NCBI GenBank assembly: GCA_038134595.1
Contig: JAYPVM010000011.1
Coordinates: 1 to 64,000 of the forward strand
Direction: 5' to 3'
Origin: Pseudomonadota bacterium
Lineage (GTDB): Bacteria; Bdellovibrionota_C; UBA2361; OMII01
DNA: 64,000 nt
Under the pieces are notes generated by a model. That model was not told the DNA's origin. It worked only from the letters and a program-made list of their open reading frames with translations, and did no database searches. Positions 23,361 to 33,420 of the stretch are shown here, piece after piece. Position numbers and translations under genes: made by a program. Numbering within the stretch: position 1 is the first letter of the stretch; every line of letters begins with the position of its first letter.

Positions 23361-24248
23361 CTACTGCCAATCTCCACTTACCAGAAGCTCCTCAATAGAA
23401 ACTCCGAGCGCATGCGCAAGCTTTGAAATAGCCCCAATGCTGATATTCTGCTTTCCGTGCTCGACAGAGCTGATGTAAGCACGATCCAGATTCGAAGTTT
23501 TAGCTAATTGCTGCTGGCTTAGACCTTTTAGCTTGCGATGCTCATGAACTGTTCCACCTAGCTTCTTTAGGAATAAGCCGAGTGCATTATCGGGATCTAA
23601 CAGCCCGCACAATTGCCTAGCCAAGGAAACCGCTTCTTGCGGGTCTAGGGTAAAGCCATCTGGATTTACCAACTCGACTAAGTCTGCTCTTTCAACAAAA
23701 GCAGCTCCGCCAATTAATATTTGAGGGGATGGTGACAACTGCCGAATCTGTTTAACTGCCTCCTGTGCAACTGGAGCTAGAGAACTCAGCGATACAGAGA
23801 GACACACCACATCAGGTTCCCTAGCCTTCGTGTAAGGCACAAGATGACTTGTAGGGATATCTGCACCAAGAAAATCGACCTCCCAACCATCGACTACCAA
23901 GAAGTCAGCCATCGCCTGGCCACCTATGAAATGCTGATCCCCCTCAACCGAACACACCACCGCCTTTCGCCCAAGTTTACGACGGGTTTTTAGCATCTCT
24001 CGCAAACGTGCCATCTGTCGCAAAGTTATCTGAGTAGCGATATGCTCCTGCGGAATCTGAACTTCTCCAGCGTGCCAACGAGTACCTATCTCTACCTGGG
24101 CTGGCATCAGCACCTCTAGGTAAATTCGCGAAGGAATCACACCTGCCGCCAAACCCCTATCGATGATTGATTGAGCCTCGTCCGCCGCACCATTCAAAAT
24201 CGACGCACAATATGCTTCTCGCAATGCTTCTATGACGTGTTTAGGCAT
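23361..24248 (-). CDS. Cobalamin-binding regulator with C-terminal XRE (Cro/C1) HTH
   Basis: Cap motif W-x9-EH (RWHAGEVQIPQEH), B12 motif DQHFIG...LGAD...LSVS...IGGA, C-terminal LSQQQLAKTSNLDRAYISSVEHGKQNIS; AAGGAG RBS before ATG 24248. Confidence 0.85.
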   Translation of the reverse strand: MPKHVIEALREAYCASILNGAADEAQSIIDRGLAAGVIPSRIYLEVLMPAQVEIGTRWHAGEVQIPQEHIATQITLRQMARLREMLKTRRKLGRKAVVCSVEGDQHFIGGQAMADFLVVDGWEVDFLGADIPTSHLVPYTKAREPDVVCLSVSLSSLAPVAQEAVKQIRQLSPSPQILIGGAAFVERADLVELVNPDGFTLDPQEAVSLARQLCGLLDPDNALGLFLKKLGGTVHEHRKLKGLSQQQLAKTSNLDRAYISSVEHGKQNISIGAISKLAHALGVSIEELLVSGDWQ

Positions 24249-24528
24249 CACTTTCTCCTTTACTTTCTGATATAGTAAACAGGATCTCATATGCGTAGAA
24301 TAAATACAATGTAAAGCATGTATATGTAGTATATAAAATACACATATGGTTATTTCAATACGTTACATACTCTACAGGTATCCGATCGGGCACAAAACGG
24401 CATACCATTTCAAGTAGGATAGGCTTCCAACGTGGCCTCGAAGCAGAGGCAAAGCGAACAGAAGCTACCGTCGCTCTTGCGAGAAACATCCGCTTAGAGC
24501 AACGCCTCTCTTCAAAGACGCAAACGCA

Positions 24529-25569
24529 ATGGACACTCGCTTAAAACACCTTCAAACCCTCGGGCTTCCACCTGATGCCACCTCAGAGCAAATCACCGAG
24601 GCATACAAGGACCTTATGAAGGTATGGCACCCCGATCGCTTTCAGAACGACGCGCGGTTGCTCGCCAAGGCACAAACAATGACGCAGGAGATAAATCATG
24701 CAGTCTCCGAGCTTCGCAAAGAGGCAAAGAATCCGCGCAAGCAGAAGCGGGCATCCTCAAGACAAGATCCTCCGCGTGCGCCCAACTTTTCTCAAGGAGC
24801 GGCCTATGATCGGAAACAACAAACGAGCGACACTCACAGCGCAGGCCACGAATCCTCTCATTTTAGATTCACGCTCTCACCACTTATTATCAAGATGCGA
24901 TTCCAAGTAGGACTTATCCGAGCTCTCGGGGGAGCACTCGGTGCTTATCTAGTCATGCTAGTCTTGCTTCAGGGGACACTGCCCCCTATGGAGCAAGCTG
25001 CAATTATCGCACTTGGATTTTTTGCGGTAGATACGGGGATTGGCAATCTCATTCTAACTCTCATTCCCCGAGCTATCATCAGGGTTGATTCGCTCGGGAT
25101 ACAGATCTTTTCTCACGGCAGGTTAAACTGGATAGACATTGAAACTGTCTATCCAGTGATTACGTCCCGTAGTCAGACACTTCATATAACGTTATCACAT
25201 CATCACATCCAGAAATGCGCTGTTTCTCAGCGCTTACGACTTCGGTTGCGTCGATTCTTTGGGCGAAGTCATATTCAGCTAGGATTTTCGGCACTACGAG
25301 GAAGTCCTGTTCAAGTGTTGGATGCAATGCACCTCTTTCAATCAAATGATCAGATAGACCTACAAGAATTCGACCCAGCGAGAAGACCTCTCCAAATCTT
25401 CTGCTCGTTTCTTTCCACGAGCACAGTAGTCATCTCGCTTACTCACTGTATTCTAAGGGGCGGGCTCAACCCGAGGGAATTTATCGCATATTTTGCCGTC
25501 TATGCGAGTGCAAAAGCTATACAAACGCTCTCAGAGATACTTCATAAAAACAGTTCACATACCTCGTAA
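24529..25569 (+). CDS. J-domain membrane protein
   Basis: N-terminal J domain with WHPDRF, followed by several hydrophobic segments. Confidence 0.8.
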   Translation: MDTRLKHLQTLGLPPDATSEQITEAYKDLMKVWHPDRFQNDARLLAKAQTMTQEINHAVSELRKEAKNPRKQKRASSRQDPPRAPNFSQGAAYDRKQQTSDTHSAGHESSHFRFTLSPLIIKMRFQVGLIRALGGALGAYLVMLVLLQGTLPPMEQAAIIALGFFAVDTGIGNLILTLIPRAIIRVDSLGIQIFSHGRLNWIDIETVYPVITSRSQTLHITLSHHHIQKCAVSQRLRLRLRRFFGRSHIQLGFSALRGSPVQVLDAMHLFQSNDQIDLQEFDPARRPLQIFCSFLSTSTVVISLTHCILRGGLNPREFIAYFAVYASAKAIQTLSEILHKNSSHTS

Positions 25570-25640
25570 AATCGCTTGACACAGCGGGCTCTGGAGTTTC
25601 AATATCGTATTCTATTGTTGTGCATTCAACGACAATCCGA

Positions 25641-25716
<76 letters not shown>

Positions 25717-25797
25717 ATTCAAACTCCATCATCCCCGCTCTACTTTATCTTGACACCGAATGTATCTTCACACCAAAGCTCGATTTTGCTCTCTGCT

Positions 25798-27255
25798 CTA
25801 GCTTCGTTCTCTGCCGGGGCGCGGCACCGGGATTCCGCAAGAAACAATACTATCCAACGTGTTCCAACTCTCGTCGAATGTTACCTGTGCAGTGCATTCA
25901 CTATATGGTCCAATAGGCCAACGCGCGACGTTGTACTTGGCTGCTTTGCTTTTTGCCACGATTACGCTTCCGGTACTGTACGGCGCTTCATGAGGAGCAA
26001 ATCCATCCTCCGCAAGTAGCTTTTGAAGAGAGGCTAATACCTTTGCATGTTCGGCTGAGCCACTCGCAGGTAGCGGCTCTTTTTTTCCCGAAAGGTCCTT
26101 TGAAAACAATTCGGCTTCACCCTCAGCAAACCATGCATCATACATAGTACGCTTTGAGCCATCTTTCATATCTACCGAAGACTTACCGAACGCAAAGCTA
26201 CCGTGTGCACCTTCAAAATACCTCTCACCATCAGCAACGAGCGATAGACTCGATATCACGTCAGATAGAGAAGTAAGCTCTCCTTTATCACTTGCCCCAT
26301 TTTTGTTGACATCTTTCCAGAGAAGAAGGTGAGAGAATATCGGATCACTGGAATCAATCCTCTTATCCCCATTACTGTCGTGCATGCTAAGAGCTTGAAA
26401 TCCATCTGCATAAGGCTCTCCATTTAGCCTCTGAGTTCTATCTCCGAACAGTTCATCTACGGAGTCTATGACCCCATTTTCATTTGCGTCGTATCCGACG
26501 AATGCGACCTCTTCAGAATTATCGATCCACGCAGTCAATAAAGAATCTCTATGAAAGTCAAAGCGAGTGAATGTTTTGGATGGATCCGTAAAGGCAATCC
26601 CCTTCCCGCTCAAATCAACAACAAGCGGACTTACTTGTCCAGTTGTATCGTCAACAGAACACACGTCACTTCGCACCTCTGTAAGAGAGCCTCGGAAAGC
26701 GCTTCGATAGCCCGAGCCAAACATTGCAGAATAATGAGAAGCGTAGCTTCTATCACCCTGATTTCGCGAATTTATCCTTCGCTTAAGTAAACTCTGACTA
26801 ATGCCATTTGATGGTGTATAGGTAATTTGTCCATTTTCATAAGTGACGTTGGGATGGTTAATGCCCTCTAGACCGGCACATCCCCAAATATCATCATAAT
26901 TTCGATTGCAGGGATCCACGGCAATTGTGTTATCCACTAAAGTTGCGGCGCCTTCCCAGATTTGGACGTGAATCCAGTTGACATAAATTTTTCTTTTCTG
27001 CCCCTTGTCTGTTGGCGTTCCATAGATGCTGAAATTCCCGGGCCCCCTTGTGCCAACGGTCAGATGACAGCGAAATGGCGGTTGGACTGGCGTTGCGGTT
27101 GGCGTAGGCGTAGGAGTGTGTGTTGGAGTAACGAGACGTACTGGCATTCCAACATTTCCATCTTCATGCTCTGCGAACCGTTGTCCGAAGGCCTCGAACT
27201 GATGCCCTCCAAATGCAAACAGCAACGTTATCAAGATGGATAGAAATCTACTCAC
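25798..27255 (-). CDS. Secreted Ca-binding protein with Pro-Thr linker and FrpC-like self-processing-module homolog
   Basis: Signal peptide, TPTHTPTPTPTATP, then SPLVVDLSGKGI...DANENGVIDSVDELFGD...GFQALSMHDSNGDKRID...LLWKDVNKNGASDKGEL. Confidence 0.75.
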   Translation of the reverse strand: MSRFLSILITLLFAFGGHQFEAFGQRFAEHEDGNVGMPVRLVTPTHTPTPTPTATPVQPPFRCHLTVGTRGPGNFSIYGTPTDKGQKRKIYVNWIHVQIWEGAATLVDNTIAVDPCNRNYDDIWGCAGLEGINHPNVTYENGQITYTPSNGISQSLLKRRINSRNQGDRSYASHYSAMFGSGYRSAFRGSLTEVRSDVCSVDDTTGQVSPLVVDLSGKGIAFTDPSKTFTRFDFHRDSLLTAWIDNSEEVAFVGYDANENGVIDSVDELFGDRTQRLNGEPYADGFQALSMHDSNGDKRIDSSDPIFSHLLLWKDVNKNGASDKGELTSLSDVISSLSLVADGERYFEGAHGSFAFGKSSVDMKDGSKRTMYDAWFAEGEAELFSKDLSGKKEPLPASGSAEHAKVLASLQKLLAEDGFAPHEAPYSTGSVIVAKSKAAKYNVARWPIGPYSECTAQVTFDESWNTLDSIVSCGIPVPRPGRERS

Positions 27256-27436
27256 AAAAACTCTCCCTGCAGCAGTATATAGATATCCGCATGCTCGACC
27301 TAAGGGCTATCGTTATCCCTTGTAAAAAACTTTAGAAAAATTATTTACCCCCACTGTTAACAAGAGAATTCAGGTGCTTACAGAATACTACTTTCCAAAT
27401 AGTCATGAACGTTGCCGAGGAGCTCTGTCGTTTTTC

Positions 27437-28366
27437 CTACCAAGCTTTCGCTTTCTGAACTTCATCCAACACCTGCAGATAAGATTCATAGCGCCAGCTT
27501 GCTATCTCTCCTCGTTGCAACGCTTCTAGTACAGCGCAGGAGGTTTCCTTTATATGCTGACAATCTCGAAACTTACAACCGTGACCGAACTGTTGGATCT
27601 CAGGAAACGCGGCTAGCACATCGGACTTGGCAAGATGTGAAAGCCCAAAAAACTGTACCCCCGGCAGGTCGATTACTATCGCTGGCTCTGCTCCATCTCG
27701 CTTCGCGAGAAATCCTCTAGGCTGTGAAGTCGTTTGCTTTCCTTGCCCAGTTTTTTCACTTACCTCACCGGTCTTTGCTCTAGTACCCGGAATTAAGACA
27801 TTAAGTATCGTGCTTTTTCCTACACCCGAAACACCACACAATGCCATTACAGACACGTCTGTATCTGCAACGAGCTCATGGATCCGGTCAACGCCTTCTC
27901 CATGTTTTGCACTACACTCGAGCACCGAAAGTCCCACCTCAGAGTAGGTCTCAATCATCTCTGAGATCTTACCTAATCCTAAATCAGTTTTATTTACTAT
28001 AAGCGTTGTAGGGATCCCTTCAACAAATCCCGCAGCCAACATGCGATCTATTGCGACAGGGTTCCACGTCGCACCACACGCTGTGATTACGCAGAGACGA
28101 TCGATGTTTGCGCCCATGCGCCGCTGCGTCCCATGAAATGTTCGGCATAAGCATCGCTCCGCGGGCAATCTCTCTGTAATAAATGCGCTCCCCTCTCGAA
28201 GCTCATAGTGCACCGTATCTCCAGCGACTAACTCAACGCTCTTTGAGGCCGATGTGCCAATAATAACGTCTTCCTGTTCGGTATAGAGCGTGACAAACCG
28301 CCTCGATACTTCGAGAACCCGCGCGGTTTCCATCATATTCTTGTCTTCATTAGTCTTGGCGCTCAC
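27437..28366 (-). CDS. rsgA: Ribosome small subunit-dependent GTPase A
   Basis: Circularly permuted GTPase NKTD, GVSGVGKST, GKQTT, DLPG, and C-terminal CKFRDCQHIKETSC. Confidence 0.95.
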   Translation of the reverse strand: MSAKTNEDKNMMETARVLEVSRRFVTLYTEQEDVIIGTSASKSVELVAGDTVHYELREGSAFITERLPAERCLCRTFHGTQRRMGANIDRLCVITACGATWNPVAIDRMLAAGFVEGIPTTLIVNKTDLGLGKISEMIETYSEVGLSVLECSAKHGEGVDRIHELVADTDVSVMALCGVSGVGKSTILNVLIPGTRAKTGEVSEKTGQGKQTTSQPRGFLAKRDGAEPAIVIDLPGVQFFGLSHLAKSDVLAAFPEIQQFGHGCKFRDCQHIKETSCAVLEALQRGEIASWRYESYLQVLDEVQKAKAW

Positions 28367-28438
28367 ACGACCTTTCCGAGTTGCTTACTACCGTTAGGCT
28401 ATCATAGTACTCGAACTATAAAAAACCTAGCCACTTAT

Positions 28439-29242
28439 CTAGAACACTACAAGAGCCTCCGGTAATGGATCTAAATTTGTAATGACCCGAGCAGGAAGTA
28501 CTATCTGTTGCCCAATGGCAAGGGGCGTTGCAGGATCTATGTGATTGATTTTGGCTAAATGCTGTGCACTTTCAGGATCTCCTAAATACCAATCCGCCAA
28601 AAGCGTTAAATCCTCACCTTGAAACGATACCGTATGTCGATAGTTGCCATCTGCAACTTCTTCAAGATGAGCAACACCTGCGACGGTCGGAGCCTTAAGC
28701 CGCCCGCGAAGGTCTCCTATCGGATGTGCCAAGGTAACCTCTTGCGGAGGATTAGATGGCAACGGCTCAAGCCTTGGCGTTAGGGTGTAAATGTCTCGAC
28801 TCGGCTTAAACACCGCTGCTCGAGTGTTACTACGTTGCCTCACCTGAAGCACCTGCAAATCTGCTCCCGAAAGTGGCTCAGACCCTGAGACCATCCAATT
28901 ATCGTTGAGATAATCCAGTATATAGACAATTCCTTGCTCAGGGTAAAACAGCTTTAATCTACTTGGCGCCAAAAATTCGCGCTCAACACTTATTGCTGTC
29001 GGCACTCCTTGTCGGGCAACAAGGTGCTTTATCGAATCACTCCCTCCCCACTTGTCTCTAAAAAACCTCGTCGAAACGACTGATTCATCATTAGGCACAA
29101 TGAGAACTGGGCCGTGTCCCTGCAAAGCATCAAATTCAGGGTTTAATGGACGTTGCTGGATAGAACATCCCGACACAGCGATAGCCAATGCAGAAGTTGT
29201 GGCATAGAACATCTTTTGAAACGATGTGGGGGTCACGAGCAA
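28439..29242 (-). CDS. Putative lipoprotein with C-terminal LysM-like domain
   Basis: Lipobox VSGC; HTVSFQGEDLTLLADWY...LAKINHI...LAIGQQIVLP. Confidence 0.7.
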   Translation of the reverse strand: MLVTPTSFQKMFYATTSALAIAVSGCSIQQRPLNPEFDALQGHGPVLIVPNDESVVSTRFFRDKWGGSDSIKHLVARQGVPTAISVEREFLAPSRLKLFYPEQGIVYILDYLNDNWMVSGSEPLSGADLQVLQVRQRSNTRAAVFKPSRDIYTLTPRLEPLPSNPPQEVTLAHPIGDLRGRLKAPTVAGVAHLEEVADGNYRHTVSFQGEDLTLLADWYLGDPESAQHLAKINHIDPATPLAIGQQIVLPARVITNLDPLPEALVVF

Positions 29243-29400
29243 AACCGTTAAAAAAACTAAGACGTATATAATGTTGATGGTCGAACCATGCAGGTCGATT
29301 CAGGGATTGTCACACGCCGACACGTCTTGGCGCCATGTCATGCATGAGAGTGCTAACAATCTGGATTTAAGAGCGTATCGGAGTTAAATACTAACTTCTC

Positions 29401-29991
29401 TTACTTGCGGTTGAGCCCATAAAAGCTTTGGTTTCCACACAGTGCTTTCTCTGGGACATTACGTATCTCCTCAATGAGTGCGCGAAGTTCTTTACTAGCA
29501 TTGTTCCTTGCTCTCTCAACCCAGTTTACAGAGGTCTCCAAGACTACAGAATCTTCCGAAGAACTCAGCATAACCTCGCACCTACCAGAGTCTGCAAATC
29601 CACTTCCTGAGCCCGGCTCATCAACATCAGCTTTTGACAGCATTCCATGACTCTGTACATACAAAGCGACATGACTCCGCAGAGCGTTTAGCGTATCTGG
29701 ATGTACTTCAATAATGTTTTGATACTCAGCATTAAATCGGCCCTTTACAACCTTGCCACACTCGACAAAAACGCCAATCGGTAGCAGCTTATACTGTTCA
29801 AACTCAGTGCCGCCTAATCCCCCTTTTTGAAGGTACACCGTAAAAGATCCATCGGTGGTATGTGCGCGTGGCAACGTTGTCTCTTCCGATTTCGAGAACA
29901 CACTTTCCGACAGCAGACTGCATCCCGATAGAGAGGCTAAAATCAATATTCCCGGTAGCAATTTTTTAAATTGTATCGTCACTTTTGGCAT
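29401..29991 (-). CDS. Hypothetical lipoprotein
   Basis: Hydrophobic signal ending in LSGC; ORF of about 196 codons. Confidence 0.7.
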   Translation of the reverse strand: MPKVTIQFKKLLPGILILASLSGCSLLSESVFSKSEETTLPRAHTTDGSFTVYLQKGGLGGTEFEQYKLLPIGVFVECGKVVKGRFNAEYQNIIEVHPDTLNALRSHVALYVQSHGMLSKADVDEPGSGSGFADSGRCEVMLSSSEDSVVLETSVNWVERARNNASKELRALIEEIRNVPEKALCGNQSFYGLNRK

Positions 29992-30337
29992 GTACCTTCC
30001 CTGCATTAACTACGTAACAGTGTTGAGGACAAGCATAACGTGCCAACCGGTATAAGAGAAGAATGATTTCCGCTAGACACGCTTTGCCCGCACTAGCTTT
30101 TGTGTCACTAGCCCGAAAGCTTTCCGAACCAGCACCCTATAGCAAAAGCTTGCTACACCTAAGAGCGCTCACAACAAATCGATTCCACTGACTTGGAAGG
30201 GATCACGAGCCTATCTCGATGCGTAGATTGCTCTGAGTTTATCTCTTAACCGGCATCTGCAGTTGGTTAAGCGCCTCAGATGTCTCAGGAGACGTTACTG
30301 CTTCATTAGAATTCGATTTTCTAGCTCTCGCAGCCTC

Positions 30338-30445
30338 TCAAAAACTAACTGCCGCTTGCCCCGCCACTAACGCTCCAAGAAGCACTGCGGCGGCCACACG
30401 CTGTGAAACGGGCTTAGTCTCTTCATTATTATTCATCGCTTGCAT
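30338..30445 (-). CDS. 35-aa single-TM small protein, or 5' part of a pseudogene (absent from ORF track)
   Basis: AAGGAG RBS; MQAMNNNEETKPVSQRVAAAVLLGALVAGQAAVSF; the frame stays open after the TGA. Confidence 0.45.
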   Translation of the reverse strand: MQAMNNNEETKPVSQRVAAAVLLGALVAGQAAVSF

Positions 30446-30717
30446 ACCAATTTATCTCCTTTTAAGGGGAAAGCGCCGTCGATGAAAGAATCATTTCGAT
30501 TATTATCGCGCCACTACTCTTGAGCATACTCAAAGCAGCTGCCCAAATTACGACGTGTTTCTACGTTACGCACGAATCAAAACGTACTGTAGCATCGAGG
30601 GAATACCCCATTGATTTCAGGCAATAACAGCGCCTGCCAGCAACGATCGGCTCCCGTTAGCGCACACATTACAACCTCGCTGTCATATCGAAAGAAACCA
30701 ATATCGTTTCTAAGCCA

Positions 30718-31302
30718 ATGGGCTCGTTCATGCACAGAATTTCTCAAACTATCCGACAACAAGATTCTACATTCAAGCTAAGAGAGCTACAGGCACAATT
30801 TGCCAAAGCCAAACTCCCCTTTCCAGAGCTCGAGCCAGAAGACATCCGCATTCCAAAACGCAAGCAGGGCTTCGAGATTACTAACGACATTTACATCTCA
30901 CACTACATTCTCTCATTTCAGAGGGAGTTCCTTCAGAAGCATGAAATTAAAGCTCTAATCTGTCTTAGCGGCCACCACAACAATTCCAAAGCAGAGGATC
31001 TAGGGGTCCGCGCCATTTTTTCGGTAAATATGCCCGACGGGGAGGGAACTACCCCTGAAATGATTCGCTCCTACACCCAAAAGCTAAACGACTTTGTGAC
31101 TCAGTACGGACGAACGCTCGTGTTTTGCCAAGCAGGCCAAAGCCGCTCCCCCTCGCTCGTTGCCGCATATCTAGCACGCTACCGAAACATGGGGCTTGAA
31201 AGTGCCTTGGAGTTGGTTCGAGAAGCACGCGCACCAGAACGAGGCGTAATTTATTGGCCAGCTACACTAACTGCAATCGGTGAGGCATTGGAGGAAGTAT
31301 GA
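30718..31302 (+). CDS. Dual-specificity / tyrosine phosphatase family protein
   Basis: CX5R loop VFCQAGQSRS, then AAYL...ALELVREAR. Confidence 0.85.
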   Translation: MGSFMHRISQTIRQQDSTFKLRELQAQFAKAKLPFPELEPEDIRIPKRKQGFEITNDIYISHYILSFQREFLQKHEIKALICLSGHHNNSKAEDLGVRAIFSVNMPDGEGTTPEMIRSYTQKLNDFVTQYGRTLVFCQAGQSRSPSLVAAYLARYRNMGLESALELVREARAPERGVIYWPATLTAIGEALEEV

Positions 31303-31898
31303 GCGCAGATTTATTTTCACCATCTAGTGGAGTCTACAAGACCGGCAATTTCCCGGCACATACCGATACATCGCTTGATTCTTTAGCGCCTCCGGTTACC
31401 GTTGATCCCCTTGATGTTTTACGAAACCAAATTATAGAAACGTGGCTTCCAAAATTTAACGAGCCAGATTTTGACGCTGTCGGATGGTTTAAAGATATGG
31501 AGTCTCGTGGTTTTGTTACGTGCAAAGAGTATTCCGCTGGCAGACTTCGCGCCCTGGAACACATGGACAGGTTAAACTGGAAAGAAGCTGCGCACTATGA
31601 GAATGTACTCCACCGAATCTCCCTTCCGCTGGACCCCAGCCGCTCTTTTGAAAAATCTGGCGAAGGTCCAATTATTTTTGTTCGTGACGACAAGCGAGAT
31701 GCCCTGGTTGTAATGAACGGAAATCATCGGACGGGTAAAATACTAAGAGAAGAGCACAATCCCGATGACTATCCGGCATACGTAATCGAATTTAACTCAA
31801 TTGCTTTGTTTGATAAGTTAGCAGGCTTCGACCTCGGATGGGGAACGGTCTATATGAATATTGAAGTAGAACAAGGCGACCGGCGAAACATGCCGTAG
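31299..31898 (+). CDS. Hypothetical protein with ParB/Srx-like motif
   Basis: PIIFVR...LVVMNGNHR; 4-nt ATGA overlap with the phosphatase gene; GGAGG RBS. Confidence 0.65.
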   Translation: MSADLFSPSSGVYKTGNFPAHTDTSLDSLAPPVTVDPLDVLRNQIIETWLPKFNEPDFDAVGWFKDMESRGFVTCKEYSAGRLRALEHMDRLNWKEAAHYENVLHRISLPLDPSRSFEKSGEGPIIFVRDDKRDALVVMNGNHRTGKILREEHNPDDYPAYVIEFNSIALFDKLAGFDLGWGTVYMNIEVEQGDRRNMP

Positions 31899-31912
31899 AC
31901 TTTCCTCGGCAC

Positions 31913-32365
31913 CTACGCTCCCAGTACTCGCTTTAATGCACCCTCAATAATTCCAACCCCAGCTTCTCCCGCCGCACGAGATTTTAATGCTCCCGTACCA
32001 TCATACAGAAAATATGCAGGCACCCATCCTTGGTCGTTTTCAAACGCATCCTTAATTGTGTGTTCGTTATCTACCGCACATATATCTGGCACGTTGTATT
32101 CAGCCAGCACATCTTTCACTTTTTCAAGATCAAGATCTTCTTCTTGCCGGGGCATGTGAATAGCTATTAGCTTTAGTCCCTTCTCTTCATACTCCGCACG
32201 CCATTTAGCGAGGCTCTCAAAATTGTTCTTACACATATAACACGAGACCGACCAGAAGTGGATGAGCACCGGCGACCCAGAGACTGTATCTGCGGAAAAC
32301 TCGCCCTGAAGCCACTGTGTTGCTCCTTCTAAACTTGGAATTGGCGTACCTAATCGTAATGCCAT
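31913..32365 (-). CDS. TlpA/redoxin family thiol-disulfide protein
   Basis: HFWSVSCYMC (CxxC) and cis-Pro motif VPAYFLYD. Confidence 0.85.
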   Translation of the reverse strand: MALRLGTPIPSLEGATQWLQGEFSADTVSGSPVLIHFWSVSCYMCKNNFESLAKWRAEYEEKGLKLIAIHMPRQEEDLDLEKVKDVLAEYNVPDICAVDNEHTIKDAFENDQGWVPAYFLYDGTGALKSRAAGEAGVGIIEGALKRVLGA

Positions 32366-32398
32366 GTGCTCTGCCTCTCTTTGGTTTTGTGTTTAGAA

Positions 32399-32430
32399 GC
32401 AGGTGAGAAGCCAAAGGACTTCTCACCTGC
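32399..32430. other. Intercistronic 12-bp stem-loop between ahpC and the redoxin gene
   Basis: GCAGGTGAGAAG-CCAAAGGA-CTTCTCACCTGC. Confidence 0.65.
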
Positions 32431-32446
32431 ATACTATGTATCGACC

Positions 32447-33022
32447 TTACGCAGCCAAAAGCTTTCCGCCTGGCTTCCAGTCGCTTGGGCACAAGCCGCC
32501 TGTTTGAAGCGCTTGTACTACCCGTAGAGTCTCATCTGTTGAACGCCCAACGTTAAGCGCGGTTACAACAGAGTACTGAAGAACTCCATTTGGATCGATT
32601 ACGAACAATCCTCGGTGAGCAATGTTCTTGTCTTCAATCAACACTCCGTACGACTTGGCAACGCTTCCTGTGTGGTCAGCGGCCAACGGATAGTTAACAC
32701 CCTCAATACCACTCTCAGAACGAGATACGGCTGCCCAAGCTTTATGAGTAAAGTAGGTATCTGTTGATGCACCGAGAATCTCTACATCGATATCATCGAA
32801 CTCTTTCTTTCTATCTGCCAAACCAAGAATCTCTGTTGGGCATACAAAGGTGAAATCCATCGGATAAAAGAAAAACACCAACCACTTTCCAGCATAACTC
32901 TCAAGCGATACGGTCTTGTTCATATTATTTGGCTCTGCTGGATCATACACCTGAAGGGTGAAGTCAGGAGCCTTCTCTCCGATCTTGGCAACACATTCTT
33001 TCTTTTCACTACACTCAGCCAT
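32447..33022 (-). CDS. ahpC: Typical 2-Cys peroxiredoxin (AhpC/TSA)
   Basis: FFYPMDFTFVCPTE, VGRSTDETLR, GGLCPSDWKPG. Confidence 0.93.
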   Translation of the reverse strand: MAECSEKKECVAKIGEKAPDFTLQVYDPAEPNNMNKTVSLESYAGKWLVFFFYPMDFTFVCPTEILGLADRKKEFDDIDVEILGASTDTYFTHKAWAAVSRSESGIEGVNYPLAADHTGSVAKSYGVLIEDKNIAHRGLFVIDPNGVLQYSVVTALNVGRSTDETLRVVQALQTGGLCPSDWKPGGKLLAA

Positions 33023-33024
33023 CG

Positions 33025-33411
33025 CTATTTCTCCTTTGTTGATTGCACACACTGGGCACACACACCTTTTAGCGTCACCTCAGTCATATGCATGTTAAAT
33101 TTTTGTTGGGTGGCAACTTTTCCTAATAAGCCTTCAAGGCTCTTACTCATGTCAACGTCTTGTATTGCGTTACACTCAGTACAGACAAGATGCGTATGAT
33201 CGTCAACCCTTGCGTCGTAGCGAGCCGCTCCTTCTCCGGTGTTGATTTCAAGCAACTCTCCTTGGGCAACCAGACGTCCGAGAATATTGTAAATCGTTGC
33301 AAGCGACACGGATTCGCCCTGCGACTTGGCGCAATCCCAGATCTCCACCGCTGAAAGGTGTCCGCCGTTTCCCATGATGATTTTTTTTATAATGGAGGGA
33401 TCTTTTGCCAT
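33025..33411 (-). CDS. perR: Fur-family regulator, PerR-like
   Basis: HLSA, SLATIYNIL, RYD, HTHLVCTEC...DV, GVCAQC; first gene of a peroxiredoxin operon. Confidence 0.8.
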   Translation of the reverse strand: MAKDPSIIKKIIMGNGGHLSAVEIWDCAKSQGESVSLATIYNILGRLVAQGELLEINTGEGAARYDARVDDHTHLVCTECNAIQDVDMSKSLEGLLGKVATQQKFNMHMTEVTLKGVCAQCVQSTKEK

Positions 33412-33420
33412 ACAATTTAA

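Noticed and set aside
24250..24528. Cobalamin riboswitch near the B12-binding gene
   Set aside because: No B12-box or GGGAA...GCAACTGT core found on either strand.
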